Positions 18,419 to 28,950 of a stretch of 64,000 bases of DNA are shown here, piece after piece (within the stretch, counting starts at the first letter, position 1; every line of letters starts with the position of its first letter). Under the pieces are notes generated by a model that saw only the letters and a program-made list of their open reading frames with translations, made no database searches and had not been told where the DNA came from. The position numbers were made by a program, and so were the translations under genes. This DNA comes from Bacteroidales bacterium (GTDB lineage: Bacteria; Bacteroidota; Bacteroidia; Bacteroidales; P3): positions 2,176 to 66,175 of the forward strand of contig JAFXAA010000030.1 of NCBI GenBank assembly GCA_017522105.1. Direction: 5' to 3'.

Positions 18419-18536
18419 GTACGGCTGTTCTACGGTTGTTTAACGGTTGTTCTACGGTTGTTCTACGGTTTAAACCGTTAAACAACCGTAGAACAACCGT
18501 TAAACAACCGTAGAACAGCCGTAGGGACTCCGTAGA
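18419..18536. repeat. family A palindromic element, copy 2
   Basis: 18421-18523 is identical to 7934-8036. The right terminus GCCGTAGGGACTCCGTAG is complete and the left terminus is truncated. Confidence 0.95.
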
Positions 18537-18652
18537 GGGGCCGCGGGGGGCATGGAGGGTTGCCGGTGCGATGGAGTGTTGGTGGAGGTGTTGAATGTCA
18601 GATGATTGGTGCAAAATCGGCATTTTTTTACTGTAATATGGAAAAATAATTA

Positions 18653-18660
18653 TAATTTTG
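18653..18660 (+). promoter_or_regulatory. -7 box TAATTTTG (rex)
   Basis: Lies 27 nt before the ATG at 18687. Confidence 0.55.
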
Positions 18661-18686
18661 CACTCTGTAAAAACGGTGCACCGGAT

Positions 18687-19382
18687 ATGAAAGACAAGCA
18701 CAACTCACTGGTTATTTTGAAGTCCACGCTCAGCCGCCTGCCGTCCTACTATTGTTTTGTGGAGGAGCGCAAGGCCGCTGGCGAGGAGTATGTCTCGTCG
18801 GTTGCCATGGCAGAGAGCCTTGGCATCAATCCTGTACTTGTGCGCAAGGATTTGGCGAGCATCAGCAGGGAGCCCGGGCGTCCCAAGGTTGGATTCAGGG
18901 TGGAGACCCTGCTGGCTGACATGAAGAAGTACCTCGGCTACGACCACTATGACGAGGCGGTGCTTGTCGGGGTCGGTGCCCTGGGCCACGTGCTGCTGCA
19001 GTACGGCGGCTTTGCCAACTACGGCCTCGGCATTGTGGCGGGGTTCGACAAGGAGCCGTGTTCGGCCACGGTCGGCGGGCGCCCTGTGCTGCCGGTCGAG
19101 AAGCTGGTGTCGTTCCTTCGCCGCACACATATAGGTATAGGTATTATAGCCGTGCCTGCGCGCGAGGCGCAGAAGGTGGCGCAGATGTTGATTGACGGTG
19201 GCGTGCGTGCCATCTGGAATTTCGCACCGACGACCCTTGAGCTGCCGCGTGAGATACTGGTGAAGAACGAGAACCTGGCGGCGTCGCTCGCCGCTCTGAC
19301 CACCGAGCTGCGCCGCCGCATTGGCGGCGGCGGGGTGGATGAACCGCCCGCGGTGGATAAAAAAACGATAAAAAAGTATTGA
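18687..19382 (+). CDS. rex: redox-sensing transcriptional repressor Rex
   Basis: Winged-helix N-terminus (LSRLPSYYCFVEE...VSSVAMAESLGINPVLVRKDLA) and a Rossmann motif VGVGALGHVLL. Confidence 0.85.
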   Translation: MKDKHNSLVILKSTLSRLPSYYCFVEERKAAGEEYVSSVAMAESLGINPVLVRKDLASISREPGRPKVGFRVETLLADMKKYLGYDHYDEAVLVGVGALGHVLLQYGGFANYGLGIVAGFDKEPCSATVGGRPVLPVEKLVSFLRRTHIGIGIIAVPAREAQKVAQMLIDGGVRAIWNFAPTTLELPREILVKNENLAASLAALTTELRRRIGGGGVDEPPAVDKKTIKKY

Positions 19383-19399
19383 TTTTTGAAATAAAGTTG

Positions 19400-19407
19400 T
19401 ATATTTG
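19400..19407 (+). promoter_or_regulatory. -7 box TATATTTG (hydrogenase cluster)
   Basis: Followed by an ~85-nt leader before the ATG at 19496. Confidence 0.5.
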
Positions 19408-19495
19408 CATCGCAAAACAGGGAAGCGAGAATGGTGGAGGAGTCGGATTGACAGCCTGTTAGATGAAAATTGACAACAATAAAAATCAATAAAAA

Positions 19496-19795
19496 ATGAC
19501 GATAAAGGTTTGTGTCGGCAGTTCATGCCACCTGAAAGGATCATACGATGTGATTGAGGCCTTCACCGAGGTGCTCAAGAAATACGATGTTGAGGATGTA
19601 GTGGAGCTGCAGGCGAGCTTTTGCCTCGGCCACTGCGCCAAGGGTGTGAATGTGGCCTGCGAGGGCGTCGTTCCCGCCGCCCACGGTTCCCAGGTGGAGG
19701 AGACCCCCGAGGGATTCATACTGCACAACGTCAGCGCCGGCAATGTGGAAGAGTTGTTTGCCAGCGAGATATATCCCAAACTGAACCTGAATTAG
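19496..19795 (+). CDS. thioredoxin-like [2Fe-2S] ferredoxin domain protein
   Basis: Cys pattern CVGSSCHLKG ... CLGHCAKG, typical of NuoE/HymA-like 2Fe-2S modules. Confidence 0.7.
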   Translation: MTIKVCVGSSCHLKGSYDVIEAFTEVLKKYDVEDVVELQASFCLGHCAKGVNVACEGVVPAAHGSQVEETPEGFILHNVSAGNVEELFASEIYPKLNLN

Positions 19796-19884
19796 GACTA
19801 CATGCGGTCGTGTGTGTGTCCCGCGGCAAATGCCGCAGGGCGGGTTTGCGATTGCTCCACTATATAATATATTAAGGAAAAACC

Positions 19885-21639
19885 ATGTCAGAATATCTTG
19901 AATTCCGGACGGTGCAGTGCAAGGACTGCTACCGTTGCCTGCGCGAGTGTCCTGTGAAGGCAATAAACATCAAGGATCACCACGCTCAAATATTGGAAGA
20001 CCACTGCATACTGTGCGGCCATTGCACGAAGGTGTGCCCCCAGAAGGCCAAAATAGAGCACAGCGAGCTGCCCGTGGTGCGCGAGTTGCTGCGCAGCGGA
20101 GCCCGCGTGGCGGCCACGGTGGCGCCGTCGTTCATCAGCAGCCTCGGGCAGGAGGACTTTTCGGAGCTGCGCATAGCGCTGGCCAAGCTTGGCTTCGCCG
20201 TGGCCGAGGAGACTGCTGTGGGCGCGCAGGCTGTGGTGGAGGAATACAAACGGGTGCTAAAAACGGGAGAGATGAGGAACTTCATAACCTCTGCTTGTCC
20301 GGCGGCGTGCCGCCTTATCCAAATGTACTACCCCAAAGCTCTCCCGTACCTTGCCCCCGTTGACTCGCCCATGGTGGCGCACGCCAAGATGCTGCGCAAG
20401 GGCGATCCCGGACTGAAGGTGGTTTTCATCGGGCCCTGCATAGCCAAGAAGCGCGAGGCCGACGAGCATGGCATAGACGCCGTGCTCACTTTCGACGAGC
20501 TGCTGACCCTCTTCCGTGAGAGCGGCATCGACCTGGCGAACATCAACAAGCTGGCTGTGGGTTCCGACAACGGTTGCGCCAACCGTGCCAAGGCATTCCC
20601 TGCCACACAGGGCATCATCCGTTCGTTCGACGCGTTGCCCGAGGGCTACCGCTACCTTGCTGTGGACGGGGTGGACCGCCTGGCCGGGGTGCTGGAGAAC
20701 ATTGAGAGCCTGGACCATGTGTTCATTGAGATGAATGTGTGCCCCGGAGGCTGCATCAACGGCCCTTGTGCCATAGAGAACGAAGGGGGCTTGATGAAGG
20801 CCGAGGCCGACATCGACGCTTATGTGGAGCGCGAGATGGCCACGCGCAAGCACGCTCCCGCTCCCGACGCCGGGGTGTCGTTGGCCTATGCCTACCCGCG
20901 GCTGCGCGCCAAGAGCCGTCCGGCCACGGAGAAAGAGATAGAGGATGTGCTGCACCGCACCGGCAAGTTTTCGCCTGCCGACGAGTTGAACTGCGGTGCT
21001 TGCGGCTACAGCACGTGCCGCGAGAAGGCTTGGGCTGTGGTCAACGGCTATGCCGACATAGACATCTGCCTGCCATATATGCGCAAGCGAGCCGAGAGCC
21101 TTGCTGTGGACATAGTGCGCAACTCGCCCGAAGGCGTGGTGCTGGTGGACTCGGACATGAATATTGTGGACATCAACGCCTCGGCCATGAAGATGCTTGG
21201 CCTTGGCGGCACACCGGAGAGCGTGCAGGGGCACCCCATGGCGGAGAACTTCCAGCCAATAGATTTCTACAATGCCTACACGAAGAAATGCCGCACAGAG
21301 AACCCGTGCATCCACATCGCTGCCACCGACCGCTATGTGAGCCTCACGGTGAGCAACCTCAGCGAACAGAATCTGTTGTTTGGCCTTATGAAGGACATTT
21401 CGGAGCAGGTCAACTATGAGAAGAAGCTCGACAAGGTGAAGGCGGACACCATAGCCACCACCGACAACCTAATCATGAAGCAGATGCGTGTGGTGCAGGA
21501 GGTGGCGTCCCTTCTCGGCGAGACCACGGCGGAGACCAAGGTGGCCCTGATGAACCTGAAGAACATGCTTGCCGACGGCCATTCGGACCTGCGCTCCGAC
21601 GGGCGGCCAACAGATTGGAAGACAGCGAAAAAGGAGTGA
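19885..21639 (+). CDS. sensory [FeFe]-hydrogenase-like protein with C-terminal PAS domain (HydS-type, group C)
   Basis: Two 4Fe-4S motifs at the N-terminus. H-cluster motifs are TSACP (Ala in place of the proton-relay Cys), GPCIAKKRE and MNVCPGGCINGP. There is an extra 4-Cys motif, CGACGYSTC...C, then a PAS-like segment. Confidence 0.85.
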   Translation: MSEYLEFRTVQCKDCYRCLRECPVKAINIKDHHAQILEDHCILCGHCTKVCPQKAKIEHSELPVVRELLRSGARVAATVAPSFISSLGQEDFSELRIALAKLGFAVAEETAVGAQAVVEEYKRVLKTGEMRNFITSACPAACRLIQMYYPKALPYLAPVDSPMVAHAKMLRKGDPGLKVVFIGPCIAKKREADEHGIDAVLTFDELLTLFRESGIDLANINKLAVGSDNGCANRAKAFPATQGIIRSFDALPEGYRYLAVDGVDRLAGVLENIESLDHVFIEMNVCPGGCINGPCAIENEGGLMKAEADIDAYVEREMATRKHAPAPDAGVSLAYAYPRLRAKSRPATEKEIEDVLHRTGKFSPADELNCGACGYSTCREKAWAVVNGYADIDICLPYMRKRAESLAVDIVRNSPEGVVLVDSDMNIVDINASAMKMLGLGGTPESVQGHPMAENFQPIDFYNAYTKKCRTENPCIHIAATDRYVSLTVSNLSEQNLLFGLMKDISEQVNYEKKLDKVKADTIATTDNLIMKQMRVVQEVASLLGETTAETKVALMNLKNMLADGHSDLRSDGRPTDWKTAKKE

Positions 21640-22830
21640 ATGCATAATCGGGAGAATGAAAGAGCTATGAAGGAATTGTGTATTGAATACGGCTTCACGT
21701 CGCTGAACCACTATGGCGAGGAGTTGTGCGGCGACAATGTGGAGATGTGTGTCAACGGCGAGTGGACCACGCTGGTGCTCGCCGACGGACTGGGCAGCGG
21801 AGTGAAAGCCAATATCCTCTCCACGCTCACCAGCAAGATACTGTGCACCATGGTGGCCGCAGGGGCCGACATCGAGGAGTGCGTGGAGACGGTCATACAG
21901 ACCCTGCCGGTGTGCAAAGAGCGCCAGGTGGCGTACAGCACCTTCTCTGTCATCCATGTGGACAACCACGGCAAGGGGCATCTCTTTGAGTTTGACAACC
22001 CCGAGGCTATCTGGTACCACGCCGGTCACACGCAGAACTTTCCGCGCATGGAGAAAGAGATATGCGGCAAGAAGGTGTACATCACCGAGCTTGAGCTTGA
22101 GGCCGGCGACATGGTCTTTGTCATGAGCGACGGCACCATACACGCAGGCATAGGCCAGATACTGAATTTCGGCTGGCAGCGCAAAGAAATCATGCAGCAT
22201 CTCGACGCCAACATAGACCCCCACATGTCGGCCCGTGCCGCCGCCTGCCTGCTGGCATCGGCCTGCAACGACCTGTACCTCGACCGTCCCGGCGACGACA
22301 CCACGGTGGCTGCTGTGCGCATACGACCGCGCACCGAGGTGCACATCATGGTGGGTCCGCCGGTTGACAAGGAGCGCGACGCCGAATATGTGGCGAAATT
22401 CATGGAAGGGGCTGACAAGCGCATAGTCTGCGGCGGCACCACGTCGCAGGTGGTGGCACGCTGCATCGGGCAGAAGTTGAAGACATCGTTTGACTTTCCC
22501 GACCGCGAGGTGCCGCCCATAGGCTTCATTGACGGCATCGACCTTACCACCGAGGGGGTCATTACCCTGCGCCGTCTGCTGGCGCTGTCGGAGAGGTATG
22601 TGTCGGTGAAAGACCTGACGCCCAAGACGTACAGCAAGAAGGACGGTGGGTCGCTGCTGGCCAACATTATCTTCGAGGAGAGCACGCATGTGGTGTTCTT
22701 TGTGGGTCAAAATGTCAACGCAGCCCATCAGGGGCTTGACATAGACATCACCATGAAGCTCAAACTTGTGGAGCGCCTGGCAGAGAACCTGCGCCGCATG
22801 GGTAAACAAGTAACTGTCAACTACGACTAA
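21640..22830 (+). CDS. SpoIIE/PP2C-family serine phosphatase
   Basis: GEELCGDNV...LADGLGSGVKANILS...VMSDGTIHAG. The start abuts the upstream stop (TGAATG). Confidence 0.8.
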   Translation: MHNRENERAMKELCIEYGFTSLNHYGEELCGDNVEMCVNGEWTTLVLADGLGSGVKANILSTLTSKILCTMVAAGADIEECVETVIQTLPVCKERQVAYSTFSVIHVDNHGKGHLFEFDNPEAIWYHAGHTQNFPRMEKEICGKKVYITELELEAGDMVFVMSDGTIHAGIGQILNFGWQRKEIMQHLDANIDPHMSARAAACLLASACNDLYLDRPGDDTTVAAVRIRPRTEVHIMVGPPVDKERDAEYVAKFMEGADKRIVCGGTTSQVVARCIGQKLKTSFDFPDREVPPIGFIDGIDLTTEGVITLRRLLALSERYVSVKDLTPKTYSKKDGGSLLANIIFEESTHVVFFVGQNVNAAHQGLDIDITMKLKLVERLAENLRRMGKQVTVNYD

Positions 22831-22838
22831 AGTGATAT

Positions 22839-24302
22839 ATGGAACAGAAATTATTTGACACCAACGTACAGTGGATTAAATACAAAGTGCTCAAGGAGGT
22901 CATTCGCCGGGCCTATGAAGGCGGGCTGGACGAAGCATATCTTGAAATACCCAAAATAATCAGCCCGGGGCCGAAATCGGAGCTCAACTGCTGCATATAC
23001 AAGGAGAGGGCCATTGTGCAAGAGCGCATACACATGGCCATGGGCGGTGACAAGGATAACCCGAATCCTGTGCAGGTCATGGAGATAGCATGTGACGAGT
23101 GCCCCGCAGCAGGCATGCTTGTGACCGAGGCATGCCGCGGGTGCATGATGCATGCCTGCAAGGATGTGTGTCCGCGCGATGCCATCACTATCGTCAACCA
23201 TCGCTGCACAATAGACAAGAGTAAATGCATAGAGTGCGGACGCTGCTCGCAGGCATGTCCATACAGCGCCATCATTGCCCAGCACCGCCCATGCATGAAG
23301 AGTTGCAAGGTGAAGGCCATATCCATCAACAGTGACGACAAAGCCGTCATAGACAACACGAAGTGCATATCGTGTGGAGCCTGCGTGGTCAGTTGTCCTT
23401 TCGGCGCCATCACCGACAGGTCGCATGTGCTGGACATTATAGACATTCTCAAGGGCTCGGATGGCAACAGCAGATACCGTGTGTATGCAGTCATTGCGCC
23501 GGCCATCGTAAGCCAGTGCCGTTTCGGACGCATAGGACAAGTGGTTACAGCCATTAAGCAGCTTGGGTTCCACCAGGTTGTAGAGGCAGCCCTCGGTGCC
23601 GACATCACCCTGTACAATGAGGCACGGGAGTTCAAGGAGAAGGCTGAGCACATGGCGGAGCCTGTAATGACTACGTCGTGCTGTCCGGCGTTTGTGTCCT
23701 TTGTTGAAAAGAACTTCCCGGAATATCGCGATGCCATCTCGACCTCGGTGTCACCCATGGTGATGGCAGCAAGGCTCATAAAACGCTCCGACCCGACGGC
23801 GAAGGTGGTGTTTATAGGCCCTTGCGCGGCCAAAAAGTCGGAGTATACGCTGCCGAAGACAGGCGGGATGATTGACAGCGTGATGTCGTTTGAGGAGCTG
23901 CAGGCTTTCGTTGATGCCAGGGGTATAGACACCACAAAATGCGAGGACACCAACCTTGACAATGCATCCTATTATGGCAGGATTTTCGCCAAGAGCGGAG
24001 GTTTGTCGCAAGGGGTGGCTTATGTGGCGTCGCAACTGGGCATAGACGGGGTGAAACCGCTTGCCATGAACGGCATAGACCAGTGCAGGCAGCACCTTTC
24101 GCTGCTCCGTGCGCACAAGGCCACGGCAAATTTCTTCGAGGGTATGGCCTGCGATGGTGGCTGCATAGGCGGACCGCTGAGCATCACGCGGTCGCCGCGC
24201 AATGTTGTCGATGTGGACCAGTATGGCAATTCGGCCAAGGAGAAAAACATCGACGGGTCGGTGCGCCTGTATCAGATGACGTTCCCGGAAACACAAGAAT
24301 AA
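22839..24302 (+). CDS. catalytic [FeFe]-hydrogenase with multiple N-terminal FeS clusters
   Basis: Canonical H-cluster motifs TSCCPAF, GPCAAKKSE and EGMACDGGCIGGP, plus several CxxCxxCxxxCP ferredoxin motifs. Confidence 0.9.
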   Translation: MEQKLFDTNVQWIKYKVLKEVIRRAYEGGLDEAYLEIPKIISPGPKSELNCCIYKERAIVQERIHMAMGGDKDNPNPVQVMEIACDECPAAGMLVTEACRGCMMHACKDVCPRDAITIVNHRCTIDKSKCIECGRCSQACPYSAIIAQHRPCMKSCKVKAISINSDDKAVIDNTKCISCGACVVSCPFGAITDRSHVLDIIDILKGSDGNSRYRVYAVIAPAIVSQCRFGRIGQVVTAIKQLGFHQVVEAALGADITLYNEAREFKEKAEHMAEPVMTTSCCPAFVSFVEKNFPEYRDAISTSVSPMVMAARLIKRSDPTAKVVFIGPCAAKKSEYTLPKTGGMIDSVMSFEELQAFVDARGIDTTKCEDTNLDNASYYGRIFAKSGGLSQGVAYVASQLGIDGVKPLAMNGIDQCRQHLSLLRAHKATANFFEGMACDGGCIGGPLSITRSPRNVVDVDQYGNSAKEKNIDGSVRLYQMTFPETQE

Positions 24303-24322
24303 TAGCTTTTTAGGATATACTG

Positions 24323-24357
24323 AAAAACGGTCAACAATAGCTGTTGACCGTTTTTTT
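24323..24357 (+). terminator. rho-independent terminator
   Basis: CGGTCAACA-atagc-TGTTGACCG followed by T7. Confidence 0.85.
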
Positions 24358-24390
24358 GTATTTTTTGCCGTATGAATGAAATAATTTTCG

Positions 24391-24398
24391 TATCTTTG
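24391..24398 (+). promoter_or_regulatory. -7 box TATCTTTG (ppdK)
   Basis: Followed by an AT-rich ~55-nt leader before the ATG at 24456. Confidence 0.6.
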
Positions 24399-24455
24399 CA
24401 GTCTCTAAAAACGATAAAAGTAAAATAATTAATTAATAACTAATATTATACAAAG

Positions 24456-27227
24456 ATGACGAAGTACGTTTACACCTTTGGCGGAAAGACTGCCGAGGGA
24501 AAAGCCGACATGAAGAACCTCCTTGGCGGCAAGGGCGCCAACCTTGCCGAGATGTGTCTGCTGGGTCTGCCGGTGCCTGCCGGTCTGACGATTACTACCG
24601 AGTGCTGCACGGCCTATTACGCCAACAACTGCGAGCTCCCGAAGGGCTTGATGGACGAAGTGTGGAAGGGTGTGGAGAATATAGAGAAGATTATGGGTAT
24701 GAAGTATGACGATGCCGAGAACCCCCTGCTGGTGAGCTGCCGAAGCGGCGCACGCTCGTCGATGCCCGGCATGATGGACACTGTGCTGAACATAGGCCTC
24801 AGCAGCAAGACTATTCCCGGCATGCTGAAGAAGACCAATAACCCGAGGTTTGTGTACGACTCGTACCGTCGTCTGATAATGATGTACGCCGACGTGGTGA
24901 TGGAGAAGAGCGAGGGCATTGAGCCCGCCGACGGCAAGGGCATCCGCAAGCAGCTGGACGACATGCTCGACGAGTACAAGTCGGTTAAGGGCTACAAGAG
25001 CGACACCGAGCTGACGGCCGACGACCTGAAGAAGCTGGCCGACGCCTTCAAGGTGAGAGTGAAAGAGGTGCTGGGCACCGAGTTCCCCGACGACGCCCGC
25101 GCCCAGATGGAGGGCGGCATCAAGGCTGTCTTCAAGAGCTGGAACGGCAAGAAGGCTGTGAGCTACCGCAAGATCGAGGGTATCCCCGACGATTGGGGCA
25201 CCGCCGTCAACGTGCAGGCCATGGTCTTCGGCAACATGGGTGACACCAGCGCCACCGGCGTGGCCTTCACCCGCAACCCCGCCACCGGCGACAACCAGTT
25301 CTATGGAGAGTGGCTCATCAACGCGCAGGGCGAGGACGTGGTGGCAGGTATCCGCACCCCCAACCCCCTGAACGACGACACCAAGAACGAGCAGAACAAG
25401 CACATGCACTCGATGCAGGAGCTGATGCCCGAGACATACAAGGAGCTGTGCGACATACGCAGCATCCTGGAGAAGAACTACCACGACATGCTGGACATTG
25501 AGTTCACCATCCAGGACGGCAAGCTGTACATGCTGCAGTGCCGCGTGGGCAAGCGCACCGGCGTTGCCGCCCTCACCATGGCCATGGACATGCTGAAGGA
25601 AGGCCTGATTGACGAGAGCGAGGTGGTGATGCGCATAAGCCCCGCCCAGCTCGACGAACTGCTGCACCCCATCCTCGACAGCAGCGACGAGAAGAAGCAC
25701 ACCGTGCTGGCCAAGGGTCTACCCGCCGGCCCCGGCGGCGCCGTGGGTGTGATAGCCCTCACGAGCGAGAAGGCCAAAGAGTATCAGGCTGCCGGTATCA
25801 AGAACATCCTCGTGCGCGAGGAGACCAACCCCGAGGATGTGGAGGGCATGCGTGCCGCCGACGGCATCCTCACCGCTCGCGGCGGTATGACCAGCCACGC
25901 AGCCCTCGTGGCCCGCGGATGGGGCAAGTGCTGCATCGTGGGTTGCGACGCCGTGAAGATAGAGCTGGAGAAGACATCAGTCTCTACGGACGAGTATGGC
26001 AAGAAGAAAGTAAAAGTGGAGGAGCGTGGCATAGTGACTATCAACGGCAAGACCTTCAAGGAGGGCGACCTGCTGAGCCTCAATGGCTCGAAGGGCTGGG
26101 TGTATGACGAGGAGGTGAAGATGATCAACGCCACCGAGAACCCGCTGTTCCAGCAGTTCATGAAGATTGTTGACAAGCACCGCAAGATGGGTGTGCGCAC
26201 CAACGCCGACAACCCCGCCGACGCCCAGAAGGCTATCGACTTCGGCGCCGAGGGTATCGGTCTGTTCCGCATAGAGCACATGTTCTACGGCGAGAACAGC
26301 GAGAAGCCGCTGGAGAAGCTGCGCAACATGATACTGGCCAACACGCGCGAGGAGCGCATCGCCGCCCTCGACGAGCTGGAGCCCTACATCCGCGAGAGCG
26401 CCAAGGGCACTCTGAAGGTGATGGACGGCAAGCCGTTGACCTTCCGCCTTATGGACCCCCCGCTGCATGAGTTTGCCCCGCAGGGCAGCGAGAAGATGCA
26501 GGAGGCCGCCAAGCGCCTGGGCATCAGCTATGAGGATGTCAAGAAGCGTGTGGAGAGCCTGCACGAGGTGAACCCCATGATGGGTCTGCGCGGCGTGCGT
26601 CTGGGCATCATCTACCCGGAGATTACCCGCGTGCAGTTCCGCGCCCTCTTCAGCGCCACCTGCGAGCTGATGAAGGAAGGCATGCACCCGATGCTTGAGA
26701 TCATGGTGCCACTGACCATTAACGCCGCCGAGCTGCGCCACCAGAAAGCCATAGCCACCGAGGTGAAGGAAGAGGTGGAGAAGAAGTACGGCGTGAAGTT
26801 CGAGTACAAGTTCGGCACGATGATTGAGATACCGCGCGCTGCCCTGGTAGCCAACCAGATAGCCGAGGTGGCCGAGTTCTTCAGCTTCGGCACCAACGAC
26901 CTGACGCAGATGACCTTCGGCTTCAGCCGCGATGACGTCAACGCCATCGTGAAGACATATGTCGACGAGAAGATTATCCCGGCCGACCCGTTCAACAACT
27001 TCGACACCGAGTGTGTGGGCGAGCTGGTGAAGATAGGCATCGAGCGCGGCCGTGGCACCCGTGCCAACCTCAAGTGCGGCGTCTGCGGCGAGCACGGTGG
27101 CGACCCGACGGCTGCCGAGTTCTTCTACAAGGCCGGCATGAACTATGTCAGCTGCTCACCGTTCCGCGTGCCTGTGGCCCGCCTTGCCGCCGCCCAGGCC
27201 GCCATCAAGGAAGCGAGAGAGAAATAA
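24456..27227 (+). CDS. ppdK: pyruvate, phosphate dikinase
   Basis: 923 aa, with the phospho-His motif [13 protein letters not shown] and the C-terminal PEP-utilising motif CGEHGGDP. Confidence 0.95.
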   Translation: MTKYVYTFGGKTAEGKADMKNLLGGKGANLAEMCLLGLPVPAGLTITTECCTAYYANNCELPKGLMDEVWKGVENIEKIMGMKYDDAENPLLVSCRSGARSSMPGMMDTVLNIGLSSKTIPGMLKKTNNPRFVYDSYRRLIMMYADVVMEKSEGIEPADGKGIRKQLDDMLDEYKSVKGYKSDTELTADDLKKLADAFKVRVKEVLGTEFPDDARAQMEGGIKAVFKSWNGKKAVSYRKIEGIPDDWGTAVNVQAMVFGNMGDTSATGVAFTRNPATGDNQFYGEWLINAQGEDVVAGIRTPNPLNDDTKNEQNKHMHSMQELMPETYKELCDIRSILEKNYHDMLDIEFTIQDGKLYMLQCRVGKRTGVAALTMAMDMLKEGLIDESEVVMRISPAQLDELLHPILDSSDEKKHTVLAKGLPAGPGGAVGVIALTSEKAKEYQAAGIKNILVREETNPEDVEGMRAADGILTARGGMTSHAALVARGWGKCCIVGCDAVKIELEKTSVSTDEYGKKKVKVEERGIVTINGKTFKEGDLLSLNGSKGWVYDEEVKMINATENPLFQQFMKIVDKHRKMGVRTNADNPADAQKAIDFGAEGIGLFRIEHMFYGENSEKPLEKLRNMILANTREERIAALDELEPYIRESAKGTLKVMDGKPLTFRLMDPPLHEFAPQGSEKMQEAAKRLGISYEDVKKRVESLHEVNPMMGLRGVRLGIIYPEITRVQFRALFSATCELMKEGMHPMLEIMVPLTINAAELRHQKAIATEVKEEVEKKYGVKFEYKFGTMIEIPRAALVANQIAEVAEFFSFGTNDLTQMTFGFSRDDVNAIVKTYVDEKIIPADPFNNFDTECVGELVKIGIERGRGTRANLKCGVCGEHGGDPTAAEFFYKAGMNYVSCSPFRVPVARLAAAQAAIKEAREK

Positions 27228-27236
27228 CAAGGAACA

Positions 27237-27296
27237 GTGAGTTGCAGGCTGCGAGTTCTTGGGAGGCTGACGCCTCACTCGCGGCTTGCAACTCAT
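27237..27296 (+). terminator. long hairpin between ppdK and pckA with a GGCTGACGCC centre (no clear T-run)
   Basis: GTGAGTTGCAGGCTGCGAGT ... ACTCGCGGCTTGCAACTCAT, with an inner stem GAGGC-tgac-GCCTC. Confidence 0.55.
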
Positions 27297-27322
27297 GGTT
27301 TGACTACCCAAAATATATTATC

Positions 27323-28939
27323 ATGAACGACAAGATAAAGAAAGACTTGGAAGCGCTGGGCATAACCGGCGTAAAAGAGATACACTACAACCCTTCGTAT
27401 GAGGAGTTGTTCAAGATGGAGATGGACCCCGCGCTGACGGGTTACGACAAGGGACAGCTCACAGAGCTCGACGCCATCAACGTGATGACCGGCATATATA
27501 CTGGTCGCTCGCCCAAGGACAAATACATTGTCATGGACGAGAACTCCAAGGACACCGTGTGGTGGACCACGCCGGAGTACAAGAACGACAACCACCCGAT
27601 GAGCAAGGAGGTGTGGGCGCAGATGAAGGACTTGGCCCTGAAGGAACTCTGCAGCAAGGAGCTTTTCGTTGTCGATGCTTTCTGCGGAGCCAACAAGGAC
27701 ACCCGAATAGCTGTGCGTTTCATCATGGAGGTGGCCTGGCAGGCACACTTTGTGCGCAACATGTTCATCAAGCCTACGGCAGAGGAGCTCAAGGAGTTCA
27801 AGCCGAGTTTCACCGTATACACGGCCAGCAAGGCCAAGGTGGAGAACTACAAGGAGCTGGGGCTTAACAGCGAGACATGTGTGGCGTTCAACGTCAGCAG
27901 CCGCGAGCAGGTCATCCTCAATACGTGGTACGGCGGCGAGATGAAGAAGGGTATGTTCTCGATGATGAACTATTATCTTCCGTTGCGTGGCATCGCCTCG
28001 ATGCATTGCTCCGCCAACACCGACATGGACGGCAAGCATACTGCCATCTTCTTCGGCCTCAGCGGTACCGGCAAGACCACCCTCAGCACCGACCCGAAGC
28101 GCCTGCTCATAGGCGACGACGAGCACGGCTGGGACGATGAGGGTGTGTTCAACTTCGAGGGCGGCTGTTATGCCAAGGTCATCAACCTTGACAAGGACAG
28201 CGAGCCCGACATATACAACGCCATACGCCGCAATGCCCTGTTGGAGAACGTGACAGTGGCTTCCGATGGCAAGATAGACTTCGCCGACAAGAGCGTCACC
28301 GAGAATACTCGCGTGAGCTATCCAATAGACCACATCGAGAAGATCGTGCGTCCAGTGAGCGCAGCCCCTGCCGCCGAGAACGTAATCTTCCTGTCAGCCG
28401 ATGCCTTCGGCGTGCTGCCTCCGGTGAGCATCCTCACTCCAGACCAGTGCAAGTACTACTTCCTTAGCGGTTTCACTGCCAAGCTGGCCGGTACTGAGCG
28501 TGGCATCACCGAACCCACGCCGACCTTCAGCGCCTGCTTTGGCCAGGCTTTCCTCGAACTGCATCCCACCAAGTATGCCGAGGAGCTGGTGAAGCGCATG
28601 GAGAAGAGCGGTGCCAAGGCCTATCTGGTCAATACCGGCTGGAACGGCACGGGCAAGCGTATATCTATTAAAGATACGCGCGGCATTATAGATGCCATTC
28701 TTGACGGTTCAATACTCAAGGCTCCGACGAAGAAGATTCCTTACTTTGACTTTGAGGTGCCTACGGCGCTTCCGGGCGTTGACCCGAAGATCCTTGACCC
28801 GCGCGACACATACGCTGACGCAAAGGTGTGGGACGAGAAGGCCCGCGACCTGGCCGACCGTTTTGTAAAGAACTTTGTCAAGTTCACTCACAACGAGGCT
28901 GGCAAGGCTCTTGTTGCCGCCGGTCCCAAGGTTAATTAA
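27323..28939 (+). CDS. pckA: phosphoenolpyruvate carboxykinase (ATP)
   Basis: The start is placed at [14 protein letters not shown]. Kinase motif [11 protein letters not shown]. The track ORF start at 27011 lies inside ppdK. Confidence 0.95.
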   Translation: MNDKIKKDLEALGITGVKEIHYNPSYEELFKMEMDPALTGYDKGQLTELDAINVMTGIYTGRSPKDKYIVMDENSKDTVWWTTPEYKNDNHPMSKEVWAQMKDLALKELCSKELFVVDAFCGANKDTRIAVRFIMEVAWQAHFVRNMFIKPTAEELKEFKPSFTVYTASKAKVENYKELGLNSETCVAFNVSSREQVILNTWYGGEMKKGMFSMMNYYLPLRGIASMHCSANTDMDGKHTAIFFGLSGTGKTTLSTDPKRLLIGDDEHGWDDEGVFNFEGGCYAKVINLDKDSEPDIYNAIRRNALLENVTVASDGKIDFADKSVTENTRVSYPIDHIEKIVRPVSAAPAAENVIFLSADAFGVLPPVSILTPDQCKYYFLSGFTAKLAGTERGITEPTPTFSACFGQAFLELHPTKYAEELVKRMEKSGAKAYLVNTGWNGTGKRISIKDTRGIIDAILDGSILKAPTKKIPYFDFEVPTALPGVDPKILDPRDTYADAKVWDEKARDLADRFVKNFVKFTHNEAGKALVAAGPKVN

Positions 28940-28950
28940 TATAATACAAT

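Noticed and set aside
19408-19495. Rex operator (TTGTGAA-N6-TTCACAA-like) in the hydrogenase-cluster leader and in the gap, ppdK and rex upstream regions
   Set aside because: I could not find a convincing inverted repeat of that type by eye. The TTGTAAAACAATCAATCAACAA upstream of gap is not symmetric. This needs a PWM scan.
27011-27322. N-terminal extension of the pckA ORF. A similar extension of the mtgA ORF lies at 16261..16587.
   Set aside because: The extensions overlap ppdK and run antisense into gap, respectively. The conserved protein N-termini begin at 27323 and 16588.
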